A stretch of DNA of 64,000 bases from Planctomycetota bacterium (lineage in GTDB: Bacteria; Planctomycetota; UBA8108; SXIK01), in assembly GCA_965223265.1 (NCBI GenBank), contig OZ244999.1, forward strand, positions 8,320,001 through 8,384,000, written 5' to 3'. Both the position numbers and the translations under genes were made by a program. Positions 21,177 through 32,086 of this stretch are shown here, piece after piece (the first letter of the stretch is position 1; the number at the start of each line of letters is the position of its first letter). The notes beneath the pieces were generated by a model, which was not told the origin of the DNA, made no database searches, and saw nothing but the letters and a program-made list of their open reading frames with translations.

Positions 21177-22199
21177 TTACTCGCTACCGTCGGTTGCAGC
21201 GTCGTCGTTCTTGCGTGAGCGGAGAATGTTCAGGCCGGGAACGCCCGTCAGGTCGAGTCGGTAGAGTGCTCCAGGCTTTCCGCCCGTCACATAGAGCTGG
21301 TCGAAGTTGGGGCCACCAAAGGCAACGTTGCTGGTGGTCACGTTGCCGCCGGGGTAGCTGCGTTTGATTCGGCCGTGACGGTCTATGACGTGCACGCTCT
21401 GCATCCCCCAGTGCGCTACGTAAAGGTTACGAAAGAGGTCGAGACAGATGCCGTCAGGCTGGTTGCGCATCGGGTCGCCACTGGGGTGTTCAGGTAAGGT
21501 CACGAAGACGCGGCGATTGGTCACCTTTCCAGGCGAAACGACGTCGTACGCGAGAATGTGGTTTCTCTGACTTTCAGCGACGAAGAGGACGGTGCCGGGG
21601 GCGGTGATGACGATCCCATTGGGAAACGCAAGGCCCTCATCCACCAGGTGCGTCGTGCCTTCGCTATCGACGTAGTGAATCGTGCCGATGGGTGCGTCAG
21701 CGCTCGATCCGCCGGGGTCGGTGAAGTAGAAACCGCCGTGGCGATCGAGCGTCAAATCGTTGGGACCGCGAAGCGGTTTGCCTTCGCACTCCGACGCTGC
21801 TTTGCCGACAACGTCGCCGCTTGCGTCGAGGTGGAGGACGGCATGATGGCTCGCGTCGCACACGAGATGTGTCCCATCCGGGAGGATCTTGTGTCCGTTA
21901 GGCTCGCCGGTTTCGGCCCACTGGCGATGCGTTCCGTCGGGTGCAACCACCGTGATGATCTTGCCGTGGGAAAAATAGATATTGCCGTCGTAGTCGACGA
22001 CGACGCCTTCCGAGTAGTCGTTAGTGCGCACAACTTCCACAGGCGTCACGGCCCCGGCCGAGGGGAAGCTCTGCTGCGGAAACTTCATGCACGACGTGGC
22101 GAGAGAGCTTGCGATGAATGCGGTGATCGCCCGCACTGCGACTCCGTGTCGAGTCATATCGAACCTCGTTGCTTGGGTCGTTCCATGGGTCCAAGACAT
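21177..22199 (-). CDS. SMP-30/gluconolactonase family lipoprotein
   Basis: SEG, GPNDL, FPNGI, PDGI, SNVAFGG. Lipobox-like LATSC. Start uncertain. Confidence 0.88.
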   Translation of the reverse strand: MSWTHGTTQATRFDMTRHGVAVRAITAFIASSLATSCMKFPQQSFPSAGAVTPVEVVRTNDYSEGVVVDYDGNIYFSHGKIITVVAPDGTHRQWAETGEPNGHKILPDGTHLVCDASHHAVLHLDASGDVVGKAASECEGKPLRGPNDLTLDRHGGFYFTDPGGSSADAPIGTIHYVDSEGTTHLVDEGLAFPNGIVITAPGTVLFVAESQRNHILAYDVVSPGKVTNRRVFVTLPEHPSGDPMRNQPDGICLDLFRNLYVAHWGMQSVHVIDRHGRIKRSYPGGNVTTSNVAFGGPNFDQLYVTGGKPGALYRLDLTGVPGLNILRSRKNDDAATDGSE

Positions 22200-22299
22200 T
22201 GAATGATTGAGCGCAGCCTGGGATCATAGCACGGCGAGTCGCGCGGATTGAACCGCCGAATCGACTGTGCCGGCAACGCCAACGGAGGACGAGAAGAAA

Positions 22300-23265
22300 A
22301 TGACTGACACGGAGAGTGTCGGCGCGGACGCTCAGGCCACGTTTGCGGATCTGCCACGCCTCGACTTCGCCACTCTGCACCGTCGCCGTCAGCGCCTGCT
22401 TCTCCTTTTCGCCGGTATCTTCCTTGGCGCCATGGCGATGCTGAATATCCTCGGCATCACGAAGTTCCTTCAGATTGGCGCGCTAGCCGTCGCGGTGGGC
22501 GTTCTACCGTATCCTCTGACCTTTTTGTGCACGGACTTCATCAGCGAATTCTACGGCCGGCGCACGGCGAATTTCGTTGTCTTCGTGGGGCTGCTCGTCA
22601 ATCTCGTCGTCTTGGCATTCATCGGCCTCGGCGATTTGCTGCCGGTTGCCGGCGGCAAGCCGGCGCCATTTCAGGTCGTTCTTGAGCTCGAAACAGGCAC
22701 CATCGAAGCGTATCGTGCCGATGGTCAAATGGTCACCATCGAGCCCCGCGGGCCGCAGCACGACCCAGCGCAAGAAACCCTCGTACCGCGTCTCGGCCCG
22801 GACGGTCAGCCACTCCTCGGGCGGCGCGACGGATTTCCCATCCTCGACGAAGCCGGTGACGGGCGCCTGCTCTTTCGTCAAGTCGGTCTCTTTGATCGCA
22901 TCGCAACGACGACGCGCATGGCGATTCTGGCCAGCATGATCGCGTACTTGTTTGCTCAGTTCATCGACGTCTACCTCTTTCACTTTTGGCGCAAAGTGAC
23001 GCGCGGGCGCCACCTGTGGCTACGTAACAACGGCTCGACGCTCGTCAGTCAGCTGGCCGACACCGTAGCCGTCGTCCTCATAACCTTTTGGGGGCCGATC
23101 GTCGCCGGCGACATGGGGAGCGCGGAAGTCCTGAGATACATCTGGGGTGGCTACACCTTCAAGCTTCTCGTCGCTCTCGCGGACACCGTGCCATTCTACC
23201 TGGGCGTGCGGTACATCGGTCGTTACCTGCGGATCGACTCGGTGGGGTCGGCGTCGGGAGCCTGA
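22300..23265 (+). CDS. Queuosine precursor transporter (YhhQ/VUT family)
   Basis: YPLTFLCTDFISEFYG, HLWLRNNGSTLVSQ, ALADT.PFY. Confidence 0.9.
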   Translation: MTDTESVGADAQATFADLPRLDFATLHRRRQRLLLLFAGIFLGAMAMLNILGITKFLQIGALAVAVGVLPYPLTFLCTDFISEFYGRRTANFVVFVGLLVNLVVLAFIGLGDLLPVAGGKPAPFQVVLELETGTIEAYRADGQMVTIEPRGPQHDPAQETLVPRLGPDGQPLLGRRDGFPILDEAGDGRLLFRQVGLFDRIATTTRMAILASMIAYLFAQFIDVYLFHFWRKVTRGRHLWLRNNGSTLVSQLADTVAVVLITFWGPIVAGDMGSAEVLRYIWGGYTFKLLVALADTVPFYLGVRYIGRYLRIDSVGSASGA

Positions 23266-23543
23266 ACTCGCCAGCGCCGCAAACGTGACGGCAAGAACCG
23301 TCTTCGCCTTACCACTCTTTGGGGGCTGAGGGCTGCCGAATGCGTCGACCGGCGGACCACGTAGCGCTGCGTCGAGTGGCGCCCGGCGCAGCAAGTTCCT
23401 GCGTTTTTATCTCCCTTGAAGGATTTCGGGGCCGGTGGCCGATACGATGAGACTATGGCCCCGGTGGGGACGGCCTCGACTGCGGTCGTGGCTCCTTTGC
23501 CAGCGACCTTCTCAAGACTTCGCACCAGCGAGCTCGCAGACCC

Positions 23544-24017
23544 ATGAGCGACGACACCCTGAGCCTTTCGAACTCCATCCTGCGGCCTCTTGACGTCGAG
23601 GACGAGGCGCTGTACGAGGCTGCCTGCGAAGTGATCCGACGCCGTTTTGAGGTTGGGAGGCACCACGTTGGCGCCGCCGTGCGGACTCGGTCTAGGAAGA
23701 TCTACGCGGCAGTGCACCTGCAGGGAGTGATTGGTGAGCCTGCCGTCTGCGCCGAGAAGATCGCCATCGGACGTGCCATGACCGTGGCCGCAGATCCGAT
23801 CGCGCGTTCAGTGGCAGTTCGCCATCCGAAGGCGCACGAAAGAGATGGGCAGCTCTTTGTTCTGCCACCGTGCGGAAGTTGCCGAGAGTTGATCGGAGAC
23901 TACGGCGGGCCAGAGTGCTGGGTGATCCTCGATGTCGACGGGCGTCTTGCCAAGGCACGAATCGCCGACCTGCTACCGTTTCGGCGCTGGTCGCGCGGCG
24001 CGTCACCGCCGCGCTAG
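23544..24017 (+). CDS. Cytidine deaminase-like protein
   Basis: HHVGAA, VCAE and PPCGSCRE zinc motifs, DLLP. Confidence 0.88.
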   Translation: MSDDTLSLSNSILRPLDVEDEALYEAACEVIRRRFEVGRHHVGAAVRTRSRKIYAAVHLQGVIGEPAVCAEKIAIGRAMTVAADPIARSVAVRHPKAHERDGQLFVLPPCGSCRELIGDYGGPECWVILDVDGRLAKARIADLLPFRRWSRGASPPR

Positions 24018-24079
24018 CCGACGAGCGTATCCCGACCGTCGCGCACAGCGCTGCGCGGCGGGAGCGTGACGTACCGCCG

Positions 24080-27000
24080 TCAGCTGAACAGGACTTCCAG
24101 GTCGTCCTTGGTCAGATCGCGCATGATGTTCTCATCAGCTGTGACGATCGCATCGGCGAGCTTTCGTTTCGACTCCTGGAGATCGGCAATGCGCTCTTCG
24201 ATCGTACTCTCCGAAACGAAGCGGTAGGCGAACACTTTTTTGTCCTGACCAATTCGGTGGGCGCGATCGATCGCCTGGGCTTCCACAGCGGGATTCCACC
24301 AAGGGTCGAGGATAAACACATAGTCGGCAGCCGTCAGGTTGAGTCCGACTCCACCGGCTTTCAGGCTGATGAGGAAGAATCTGCAGTCCTCATCCTCTTG
24401 GAAGCGGTCGACACGCTCCGCGCGATTGCGAGTCTGCCCATCGAGGTATTCGTAGTTCTTTCCAAGCCCATCCATCGTCTCACGCACGATCGAAAGCAAA
24501 GACGTGAACTGGGAAAAGATGAGTGCTTTGTGGCCTTCGTCCTCGACTTGCTCGAGCATGTCGATGAGAGCGTTGAATTTGCCCGATTGGCTCTCTGCGT
24601 ACTCGTCGTCGATTAGGCGTGGGTGACACGCCGCCTGCCGCAATCGCAGCAGCGCTTCCAGGATATGTAACTTGGAGCGCGCCAGTCCCTTCGATTTGAC
24701 TTGAGCCAGCACCGAGTTGCGACAGCGCTCCTTGAGCTCGTTGTAGATCTTGCGCTGCTCTGTTTCCATCTGACAGAGGATCGTTTCCTCGGTTCGCGGT
24801 GGAAGATCTGGCGCGACCTCTTCTTTCTTGCGACGCAGAATGAATGGCCGCAACGTTCGACGCAAGAATGACAGGCCGCCCGCGTCCGAGAGTTCGCCGC
24901 CAAACCGTTTCTTAAAGGCATTGTAAGTGCCAAGCATGCCGGGATTGAGAAAATCGAAGAGCGACCAGAGCTCACCGAGATGGTTCTCAACCGGCGTACC
25001 ACTCAGAATCAGACGGCGCTGGCCGTTGAGGACGCGTACAGCGCGAGCGTTTTGTGAGTCGATGTTTTTGATCGCCTGCGCTTCGTCGAGGATCACGTAA
25101 AGAAACGGAATACTGGCAAGCTGCTCGACGTCTCTTCGCACCGTACCGTAGGTGCTGAAGATCACATCGTACTCATCGAGTTTCTCCAGGATCTTGGCAC
25201 GCTTGGGCCCCAAATAGCTGGCGCACTTGAGGTTTGGCGTGAAGCGCTGGGCTTCTCGTTGCCAGTTGAACACCAGAGACTTCGGCGTGACGATCAGCGT
25301 CGTGCCGGTGCGGCCTTCTTCCTTCAGTAGCTGCAGGTGCGCCAGCGCTTGGATCGTTTTGCCAAGACCCATATCGTCAGCTAGGCAACCACCCCACTCC
25401 ATGCTGTCGAGAAAACGAAGCCAGCCAACACCGAACTCCTGATAGGGGCGGAGCGTACCGTTGAAGTTCTCGGACGCCTCGTGCTCTTCGACGCCTTGGA
25501 AACTGTCGAGACGATCTTTTTCGGTGCGGAAACTCTGATCCAATCGAGCCTTGATGTTCTCTTCCACCAGGGCGTCGACCATAGACGACTGGTTGCGGCG
25601 CAGTCTAAGTTTTCCGTCATGGACATGTCCCAGCTCCATCCACGCGGCGTTTTTTTCGATCCAGTCCGATGGAAGCACGCCAACGACACCCTGCTTCAGG
25701 ACAATCATGCGATTTCCTTGCTGCATCGCTTCCATGAGCTCAGGCACCTTGATGCTTTGGTCGCCGAAATGTACGCGGACGTCGACATCGATATAGTCGG
25801 TCCCGGTTTCGACCTCGACCTGCATGTCCGTGGGAGGACGGAAAGGCATCCGCTTGCCGTGGAGCGTCCAGCCGAGCTCGAAGAGCTCCGGTGCAGCGAC
25901 GACGAGGCGATCAGCTGAGAGGCTAAAAGAGTGCTTGCTCTCATTGTAGAGGAAGCCCAGCTGAAGAAGTTCTACCGCGCGAGCGCCCTCGGACTCCAGA
26001 TTGCGAACGATGAGGCGTCGATTCTTGAGTGAGAAGAACCGTTTGCCAGGACGCGCAGCACGCACCAAGTTGTCGCCGTAACGGAACGTCACTTCGGCGT
26101 CGACCTCCTGAGGGCCGCTCTCCAGCTTGAGCTCAGGGCGTGGTTCGATGCCGGTGACATTTTTGATCTTGAGCGCGCTGGGGAAATGCGCTTCCGGCAG
26201 CGTGGTTGAACGCTCAAAAATTTTCAGCAGAGACGAAATCTTGCGCTTCGGGACATGTCGAAAACGGCCTCGACGCAAGGCCTTGAGCCAGGCGACTGAA
26301 CCAGAGAACTCGACATCGCTGAGCTTGCCTGAGCGACGCAGGAGTTGTCCTTTTTCGCCGTCTGTGATCAACAAGACCTGGGATTTGTACAGGAGCGTCT
26401 TGTGGCCTCGAACGAAGCGGCACGTCAGGTGGAAGTCACCGCGTTTCTTGATGCGTTCGAGCAAGAGGTGAAAGTCGAGAGGTGGGCGATCTTCCCGCAC
26501 GATCGGTACCACCCGAGTGGTGCCGGAGTGGAGCAAATAGACGCGTCCGCTTTCGATCAGCAGGGGCAAGAGTGTCCGCCAAGCCTTTTCTGTGACCGTC
26601 ACCGCGGACGTGTTGGGTGCCGAGGAGCGGACTTTTCCGCGTTTACGCTTGGACTTCTTACGCTGAAGCGCAGCTTTCGACTGGCGCGGCAGACGGAGGA
26701 GGATCGACGTGAGCGCCTCGTCTTCTTCGTGCTTGGAGAACCTCGGTAGATGGCGGTCAATGGCCACTGGGAGGATCGCGGAACCGTGCTGGCCCTGCGG
26801 GCCTGGTTGTCGAAAGAAGACTCGTACGACTCCGGTCGCGCCGATCGGCGCGTTGGCTTCGACAACATAGATCAGCCCGGCTGGCCCCGGCGGCACTTGG
26901 GGTAGCCGTGAACGACCAGAACCCTTTGAACGACGTTTGCCATGGCGGCCACCGGAACGTTGTCCTTTTGATGGACCTCGCTGTCCGTGACGCCGACGGT

Positions 27001-27670
27001 TGCGATCTTGTGAGCGTCCACCGTGACGGCCTCGATCCGTCGTTGTCGCCATGCCGCCGTTGTTTCTGTTGGTCGCGGATGCGTCGCTCTCGTTCTGTCG
27101 CTCGCCACGCGGTGGCGCAGTGCCATTCTTCCCTTCGCCGCCGGCGTCCTCTCGGCCGCTGGTTCTACGCGGAAAAGGGCGACGCCCTCTTCGCGACTCG
27201 GTTTTGGCCCGGCTCGCGGGAGGAGCAAGAGTTGCGGTTTCGCCTTTCTTTCCCGTCGTCTTTGTCTCTAGCTGCGCGCCCCGCGAGGCGGCGTCTGCCG
27301 CGGCAGTACCTGTCGACCTCTGCACACGATCAGGCGCTGCGACCGCTGCTGTTTGGTCAGGTGCTGCGCTGGCACGCTTCTTTGGCTTCGACTTTTCTGT
27401 CGAAGTCTTGCGAACGGTCTTCGCGTTCGATTTCGCCGTCGGTGTTGTCTTGCTGCGACGAGTCGACGCCCCGGACTTCTTCGCCGTCGAGCTAGCCTGA
27501 GTTTTTTTCGCCGTGGTTTTCTTCGTTTTCTTCGACGCCGTTTTTTTGGCTGTACCTTGGGAAGCCGAGGCGGTCGAGTTAGAAGACGCCTTCTTACTTG
27601 CTTTCGAAGTCTTCTTGCTTGCCGTCTTTTTCTTCGGTTTGGACGGCTTTCTTGTCGGCTGGCTAGGCAC
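24080..27670 (-). CDS. SNF2-family helicase with a long basic low-complexity N-terminus
   Basis: LRPYQ, LADDMGLGKT, DEAQ, SGTPVEN, QAIDRAHRIGQ. Start placed at GTG after GAGGA (uncertain). Confidence 0.9.
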   Translation of the reverse strand: MPSQPTRKPSKPKKKTASKKTSKASKKASSNSTASASQGTAKKTASKKTKKTTAKKTQASSTAKKSGASTRRSKTTPTAKSNAKTVRKTSTEKSKPKKRASAAPDQTAAVAAPDRVQRSTGTAAADAASRGAQLETKTTGKKGETATLAPPASRAKTESRRGRRPFPRRTSGREDAGGEGKNGTAPPRGERQNESDASATNRNNGGMATTTDRGRHGGRSQDRNRRRHGQRGPSKGQRSGGRHGKRRSKGSGRSRLPQVPPGPAGLIYVVEANAPIGATGVVRVFFRQPGPQGQHGSAILPVAIDRHLPRFSKHEEDEALTSILLRLPRQSKAALQRKKSKRKRGKVRSSAPNTSAVTVTEKAWRTLLPLLIESGRVYLLHSGTTRVVPIVREDRPPLDFHLLLERIKKRGDFHLTCRFVRGHKTLLYKSQVLLITDGEKGQLLRRSGKLSDVEFSGSVAWLKALRRGRFRHVPKRKISSLLKIFERSTTLPEAHFPSALKIKNVTGIEPRPELKLESGPQEVDAEVTFRYGDNLVRAARPGKRFFSLKNRRLIVRNLESEGARAVELLQLGFLYNESKHSFSLSADRLVVAAPELFELGWTLHGKRMPFRPPTDMQVEVETGTDYIDVDVRVHFGDQSIKVPELMEAMQQGNRMIVLKQGVVGVLPSDWIEKNAAWMELGHVHDGKLRLRRNQSSMVDALVEENIKARLDQSFRTEKDRLDSFQGVEEHEASENFNGTLRPYQEFGVGWLRFLDSMEWGGCLADDMGLGKTIQALAHLQLLKEEGRTGTTLIVTPKSLVFNWQREAQRFTPNLKCASYLGPKRAKILEKLDEYDVIFSTYGTVRRDVEQLASIPFLYVILDEAQAIKNIDSQNARAVRVLNGQRRLILSGTPVENHLGELWSLFDFLNPGMLGTYNAFKKRFGGELSDAGGLSFLRRTLRPFILRRKKEEVAPDLPPRTEETILCQMETEQRKIYNELKERCRNSVLAQVKSKGLARSKLHILEALLRLRQAACHPRLIDDEYAESQSGKFNALIDMLEQVEDEGHKALIFSQFTSLLSIVRETMDGLGKNYEYLDGQTRNRAERVDRFQEDEDCRFFLISLKAGGVGLNLTAADYVFILDPWWNPAVEAQAIDRAHRIGQDKKVFAYRFVSESTIEERIADLQESKRKLADAIVTADENIMRDLTKDDLEVLFS

Positions 27671-28674
27671 GCTGTTCCTCAACAAACTCTCTGAGATGCA
27701 ATGATTCTGCGGTCATGCGAAGTCGCTTCGCGGCACGAAAGCACGAAACAAGCATCCCTTCGTTACATGTCATTCTACGCTGGCGGGTCATCCCTCTTCT
27801 TGACCTCGAAGGCTGTGCTCTCGCCTTATGACGTCGGGTCCATAGAGACCCCGTACCGAGAGCTGTTCACTTCTCCGGTTTTACCGGCTGCTACCCGTGA
27901 CCCACCTCGATCCCCCATGATCTCCGCCCCAATCCCCGCGAACCGCCCTTGAATCTGAGCCTGATTCGGCGACGCTCGAGCAGAGTGTCGACCGATTCAC
28001 GTCAGTCGAAGTACCTGAGTCTATGAACGCCTCTCGACTCTACGGATGTGCTTCTGAGCGGTGTCCGTCACCGCAAGTCGTGCACTCACAACCGAAGCGG
28101 TTTGGAGACTCAACCCGAGCTGCCAGCGGGCGGGGCTCGCACACGCAGGAGCGGGTGCTGAGTCGTTGAGCCTGCTATCATCCTCGGATTTGCGCCGTCC
28201 GCACATGAGGAAATGTTGGGTGTTCTTGCTCCGAATGACCTTTTCTGACCGACACCAAATCGCTGCAGCACGACTGTGCCGTTGGTGACATGCGTCATGC
28301 GCTGCAATTTGGCTAGCGCTGGCGCCATTCATTACGGAATCAAACCAAAGACCTACGAAGAGGCCGGTAAATCCTACTGTTGCCGCCGTCCTCGCTGGCA
28401 CCGCGGCAGACTAAACTCCCCGTGCTTCCCAAGCATGTCAGCGGAAGGCTGCGTTGCTGCGTGCTGCACCTTCCGATCTCCAGCGACGCTGCGCTCAGGG
28501 CGCAGGCGGTTGGAGCGGGGTTTCGTGCGTAGGCTCTTCAACCTGTAGCCTACGCCCTAGAAAGGATAGACGTTTCTGCTGACGCCGTCAAGGCCCGAAG
28601 CAGATTTTCCGCGTTGACTTGCAGCGGACCGTCGCCTCACGATGGTTCGGGGCGCTCGAAGGACAAACGGAAGA

Positions 28675-29124
28675 ATGGCGAAAGACCGCAAGCGAAGCGT
28701 GCTGTTTTTGTGCACAGGCAACTCGTGCCGGAGCCACATGGCGGAGGCATGGCTTCGCGCCCTGGCTCCTGAAGCGTACGAGAGTCTCTCAGCCGGCGCG
28801 CGACCGAGTGGTTCTATTCATCCCGTCGCCGCAGAGGTCATGCTCGAGGTCGGGATTTCTCTCGCGGGTCACAGCTCCAAAGACATCCGCGACTTCCTGC
28901 CGCCAGTTGGAACGCCTCCGGACGTCGTCGTCAGCGTGTGCGATCGCGCTGCGGCAGATTGTCCCGTTTTTCCCGGGCAGGTTTCTCGACTTCATTGGCC
29001 TTTCGAAGATCCGGCAGCGATCGTCGCGGCTGACGAACGCCTTCGGGTTGCTCGGTGCGTCCGCGATGAGATTCGAGGCCGCATCGAGGTTGCCCTAGAG
29101 AGCGGCGAGTTCGACGGCTCGTGA
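28675..29124 (+). CDS. arsC: Arsenate reductase / LMW-PTP family protein
   Basis: LFLCTGNSCRS, CPVFPG, HWPFEDP. Confidence 0.9.
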   Translation: MAKDRKRSVLFLCTGNSCRSHMAEAWLRALAPEAYESLSAGARPSGSIHPVAAEVMLEVGISLAGHSSKDIRDFLPPVGTPPDVVVSVCDRAAADCPVFPGQVSRLHWPFEDPAAIVAADERLRVARCVRDEIRGRIEVALESGEFDGS

Positions 29125-29219
29125 GATCTGGCCGCTTGGCGGCGTAGAGCGGCGCGTTTCACTACAGACATTGACGACTGCGTCGTCGAAGTGCAGAGCA
29201 CGAACCTCTTCGACAAGCG

Positions 29220-29897
29220 TTACGCGACCGCGGGCGGAACCACGTAGTAAAAAATCGCGAGGTAATGGCAGCCGCTGCCGCAGAGGACGAAGAGGTGCCA
29301 AATGGCATGGAAGTACCGGTTGACGTCGCGCATGTAGAAATAGACGCCGGCCGTGTAGAAGAGACCTCCTGCCAGCAGCAGGTACAGAGCACCGGCTGGG
29401 ACACTCTCAAGCATCGGTTTGATCGCCACGAGGCAGATCCAGCCCATGAAGAAATACGTCGCCACCGAGACAAACTCGGCGCACCGATGGCGTAGGCGAA
29501 GTTTGAATACCGTACCGCTCGCTGCGAAGATCCAGATGGCCACGAGCAGAAGCCAGCCCCAGTTTTGCCGCAGGTGAACCAGCGTGAACGGCGTGTAGGT
29601 TCCAGCGATGAACAGGTAGATGCAGATGTGGTCAGCAGTCCGTAGCGTGCTCTTCATCGGCTGCTTCTTGGAGCCGTGGTAGAGCGTCGACACCGCATAC
29701 ATTGATAGCAGCGTCGCGGCGTAAACTGAGCAGCCAGAGATTTGCCAGACGTTGCCTCGACTTCCCACCTCGGTGAGCAAAAGCGCGACCCCGGCGACGC
29801 TGAGAAGGAGGCCAACACCGTGAGTGACGATGTTGGCGAATTCCTCGCCCTGCAGGCCGTAAAGTGCGCGCGGAGCTGTCACGGGGTGGTGATCCAT
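29220..29897 (-). CDS. Hemolysin III / PAQR family membrane protein
   Basis: EEFAN.VTHG, STLYH, DH..IY..IAGTYTP, HAIWHLFV. Confidence 0.93.
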   Translation of the reverse strand: MDHHPVTAPRALYGLQGEEFANIVTHGVGLLLSVAGVALLLTEVGSRGNVWQISGCSVYAATLLSMYAVSTLYHGSKKQPMKSTLRTADHICIYLFIAGTYTPFTLVHLRQNWGWLLLVAIWIFAASGTVFKLRLRHRCAEFVSVATYFFMGWICLVAIKPMLESVPAGALYLLLAGGLFYTAGVYFYMRDVNRYFHAIWHLFVLCGSGCHYLAIFYYVVPPAVA

Positions 29898-30201
29898 GGA
29901 AAGCGAAGGCTCGCGATCGTGTGTGTGGAGGGGTGGATATCTCTATTGTAGGGCGTGCGTCACGATCGCGCGCGGGGGCACGTTGGCGGCTCACCTTGAG
30001 CACGGTTTCTAACCCTTTCAAGGCACCCGCGTTGTGATCGCTCGTTCGACGAAGGCGAGAGAACGTTGGCACGGGATTTGATTCGGTAGATGTGCAGCCC
30101 CAAATCCGCTGCGTCTTCGTCTCTCGTCATGCACCGAAGGGTTGCCGCGTGCTCGGCGTCCGGAGGTTTCGCGTCATGGGGATGAGGCGGACGCTCTGGT
30201 C

Positions 30202-31836
30202 TCAAACGACGCGGGCGACTCCACCGCGTCGAGAGTCTCCGGCTCCCTCGAGGTGCCCGGACGCGCTGCGCCGCGCGACGTGGACTCCACCAAAGTAGAG
30301 CGTGGGGGCATCGAAACGTTGTTCGCCGAGGGCCAAGCGTCGCGCAGCAGCGAGGACTGTGTCACCCTGCGCACCGACGAAAAGAAAGTTCTCAGAGCTC
30401 AGTACGCCATCCTCGTAGTGGAGGCGCGGCTGCTGTAGGGACTCCTGCAGCGACAAGCCGTCATCAACGAGCCACGAGATGAATTGCGGCACGACGGTTC
30501 GAATGCGATTTGCACCTCCAGAACCGAGAGCTGTCATCGCGGTGTGACCGTTCCCTTGTCCGCTCTCGACATCGCCGCCGAGGAGAATGCATGGAGCCAT
30601 CATCGTTCGGAGGCGTTCGCCGGGAGTGAACCTAAGAAGCCCTTCCGGAAACAGATCTTCTTCGCCGAGGAGGTTGTTCATGAAGATTCCCGTGCCCGGA
30701 ATCTCGTAGCCATTTCCCTCACCGTGGCTGAGCGTCATGGTTGCAACGTTGCCGTCGTCATCAATGGTACTGATATGCGTCGTGTTGCCGACTCCGTCCC
30801 CACTGCCGCGGCATGCGGACGGAGGACCCGGATCTTTCAAGATGGACGCCACGCGATTGGTGATTCTTTGCAGCGCGTCCTTCTCGGTAGCGATGGCAGG
30901 AGACGCGCGGCGTGCTTCCGCGATGGCTCGCAGAATCGCGGTGAGGAGCTGATACCTCTCTTCGCTACCCAAGCAAGTGGACGCGAGACAGTGGGCGCGA
31001 AAAGTCGCCAGCGTGAGGGCTACCAGCGGGCCGCCGAACGACGGTGGTCCCAGAGTGTAAACACGCGTCGAGCCGTAGTCGACGACAAGCGGTCGCTCGA
31101 ACCGTGGGGTGTAAGCGTCAAGATCGGTCGAGGTCAGATACCCTCCCGCCTCGTAGCTGAAGGCGCTAAGGATTGCTGGACGTAGAGTCGAACGATCGAA
31201 TTCGTCGTAGCCTCTTGCACCGAGGCTCTTGAGTGTGTTCGCGAGCCGTGTGTTCGTGAACAGCGCGCCGGGACGAAGTCGCTGCGCCTCCGCGTCATAG
31301 AAGAGCGCACGTCCCAGTTCCGACGCACGTAAGATAGGCTCAAGCGTCGCGTGGCAGCGGGCTTGGTATTCGGTGACGACGCTCCCACGTTCGAGAAAGT
31401 CTATGGCCGGATTGAGGATCGTCGTCAGCGGTAGCGTGCCCCAACGATCGCGGGCGGCGCACAGTCCGCGGATCATCCCAGGTACTGCGGCAGCGCCGCG
31501 TCCGATGTGAAACGGCTGCGCGTGCCCGCCGGATTGAAAGTCAACGTTGACGCTGCGGAAGTCGCGCGGCGGAGCGGTAGCTGAGGTGTCGACTGCCCGT
31601 TGACCCAGACCTGGTGCCGCCGCGAAGAAGTCGCACACCGTGACTTCTCCACTCTCTCCGTTGCGCCAAAGGAGAACGCCGCCACCTGCAAGACTGCAGA
31701 TGCTTGGGTCGCCGGCGGCCGTTGCGAATGCCGCTGCGACCGCCGCATCCATCGCATTGCCGCCGCGCTCAAACATCTCTGCGGCTGCGGCTGCGCTCTC
31801 CTCCGAGCCTGCGGCGACGACGCCATGCTTGATCAT
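30202..31836 (-). CDS. Gamma-glutamyltransferase family protein
   Basis: GGNAMDAAVA, AVPG, NTTHIS catalytic Thr, GSGG, DSRRGG. Confidence 0.88.
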   Translation of the reverse strand: MIKHGVVAAGSEESAAAAAEMFERGGNAMDAAVAAAFATAAGDPSICSLAGGGVLLWRNGESGEVTVCDFFAAAPGLGQRAVDTSATAPPRDFRSVNVDFQSGGHAQPFHIGRGAAAVPGMIRGLCAARDRWGTLPLTTILNPAIDFLERGSVVTEYQARCHATLEPILRASELGRALFYDAEAQRLRPGALFTNTRLANTLKSLGARGYDEFDRSTLRPAILSAFSYEAGGYLTSTDLDAYTPRFERPLVVDYGSTRVYTLGPPSFGGPLVALTLATFRAHCLASTCLGSEERYQLLTAILRAIAEARRASPAIATEKDALQRITNRVASILKDPGPPSACRGSGDGVGNTTHISTIDDDGNVATMTLSHGEGNGYEIPGTGIFMNNLLGEEDLFPEGLLRFTPGERLRTMMAPCILLGGDVESGQGNGHTAMTALGSGGANRIRTVVPQFISWLVDDGLSLQESLQQPRLHYEDGVLSSENFLFVGAQGDTVLAAARRLALGEQRFDAPTLYFGGVHVARRSASGHLEGAGDSRRGGVARVV

Positions 31837-32086
31837 GCTGGGATTCTACCGAATCGACCCTATCAACGCAGCGGGGTAGTGTGTCGGAGTTGGTCTACCG
31901 TCCGCGGCGCGCCAAAGAGAAGCAGAGCGCGTCGGGCAGCGATCGGTAGACGTTCCCTAACGCGGTGATTCGGTGGCGGAAAGCACGAGCGGAGGTTGGC
32001 CGGGTTGTGGGCTGGGGTTATGATACATGCGTGCAGGAACGGATCCTTGAGGGGCTGGGGACAGTGCTGGAAGGGAGGATCGCAAG

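Noticed and set aside
28231-28245. CCGAATGACCTTTTC as another IS5-like MITE end
   Set aside because: The match is short, and the terminal AACGGGCTG and target site are missing.
28440-28530. SRP RNA or hammerhead ribozyme
   Set aside because: Lacks the CAGG..GNRA..AGCAG helix and the CUGANGA core. Kept only as an unnamed structure.
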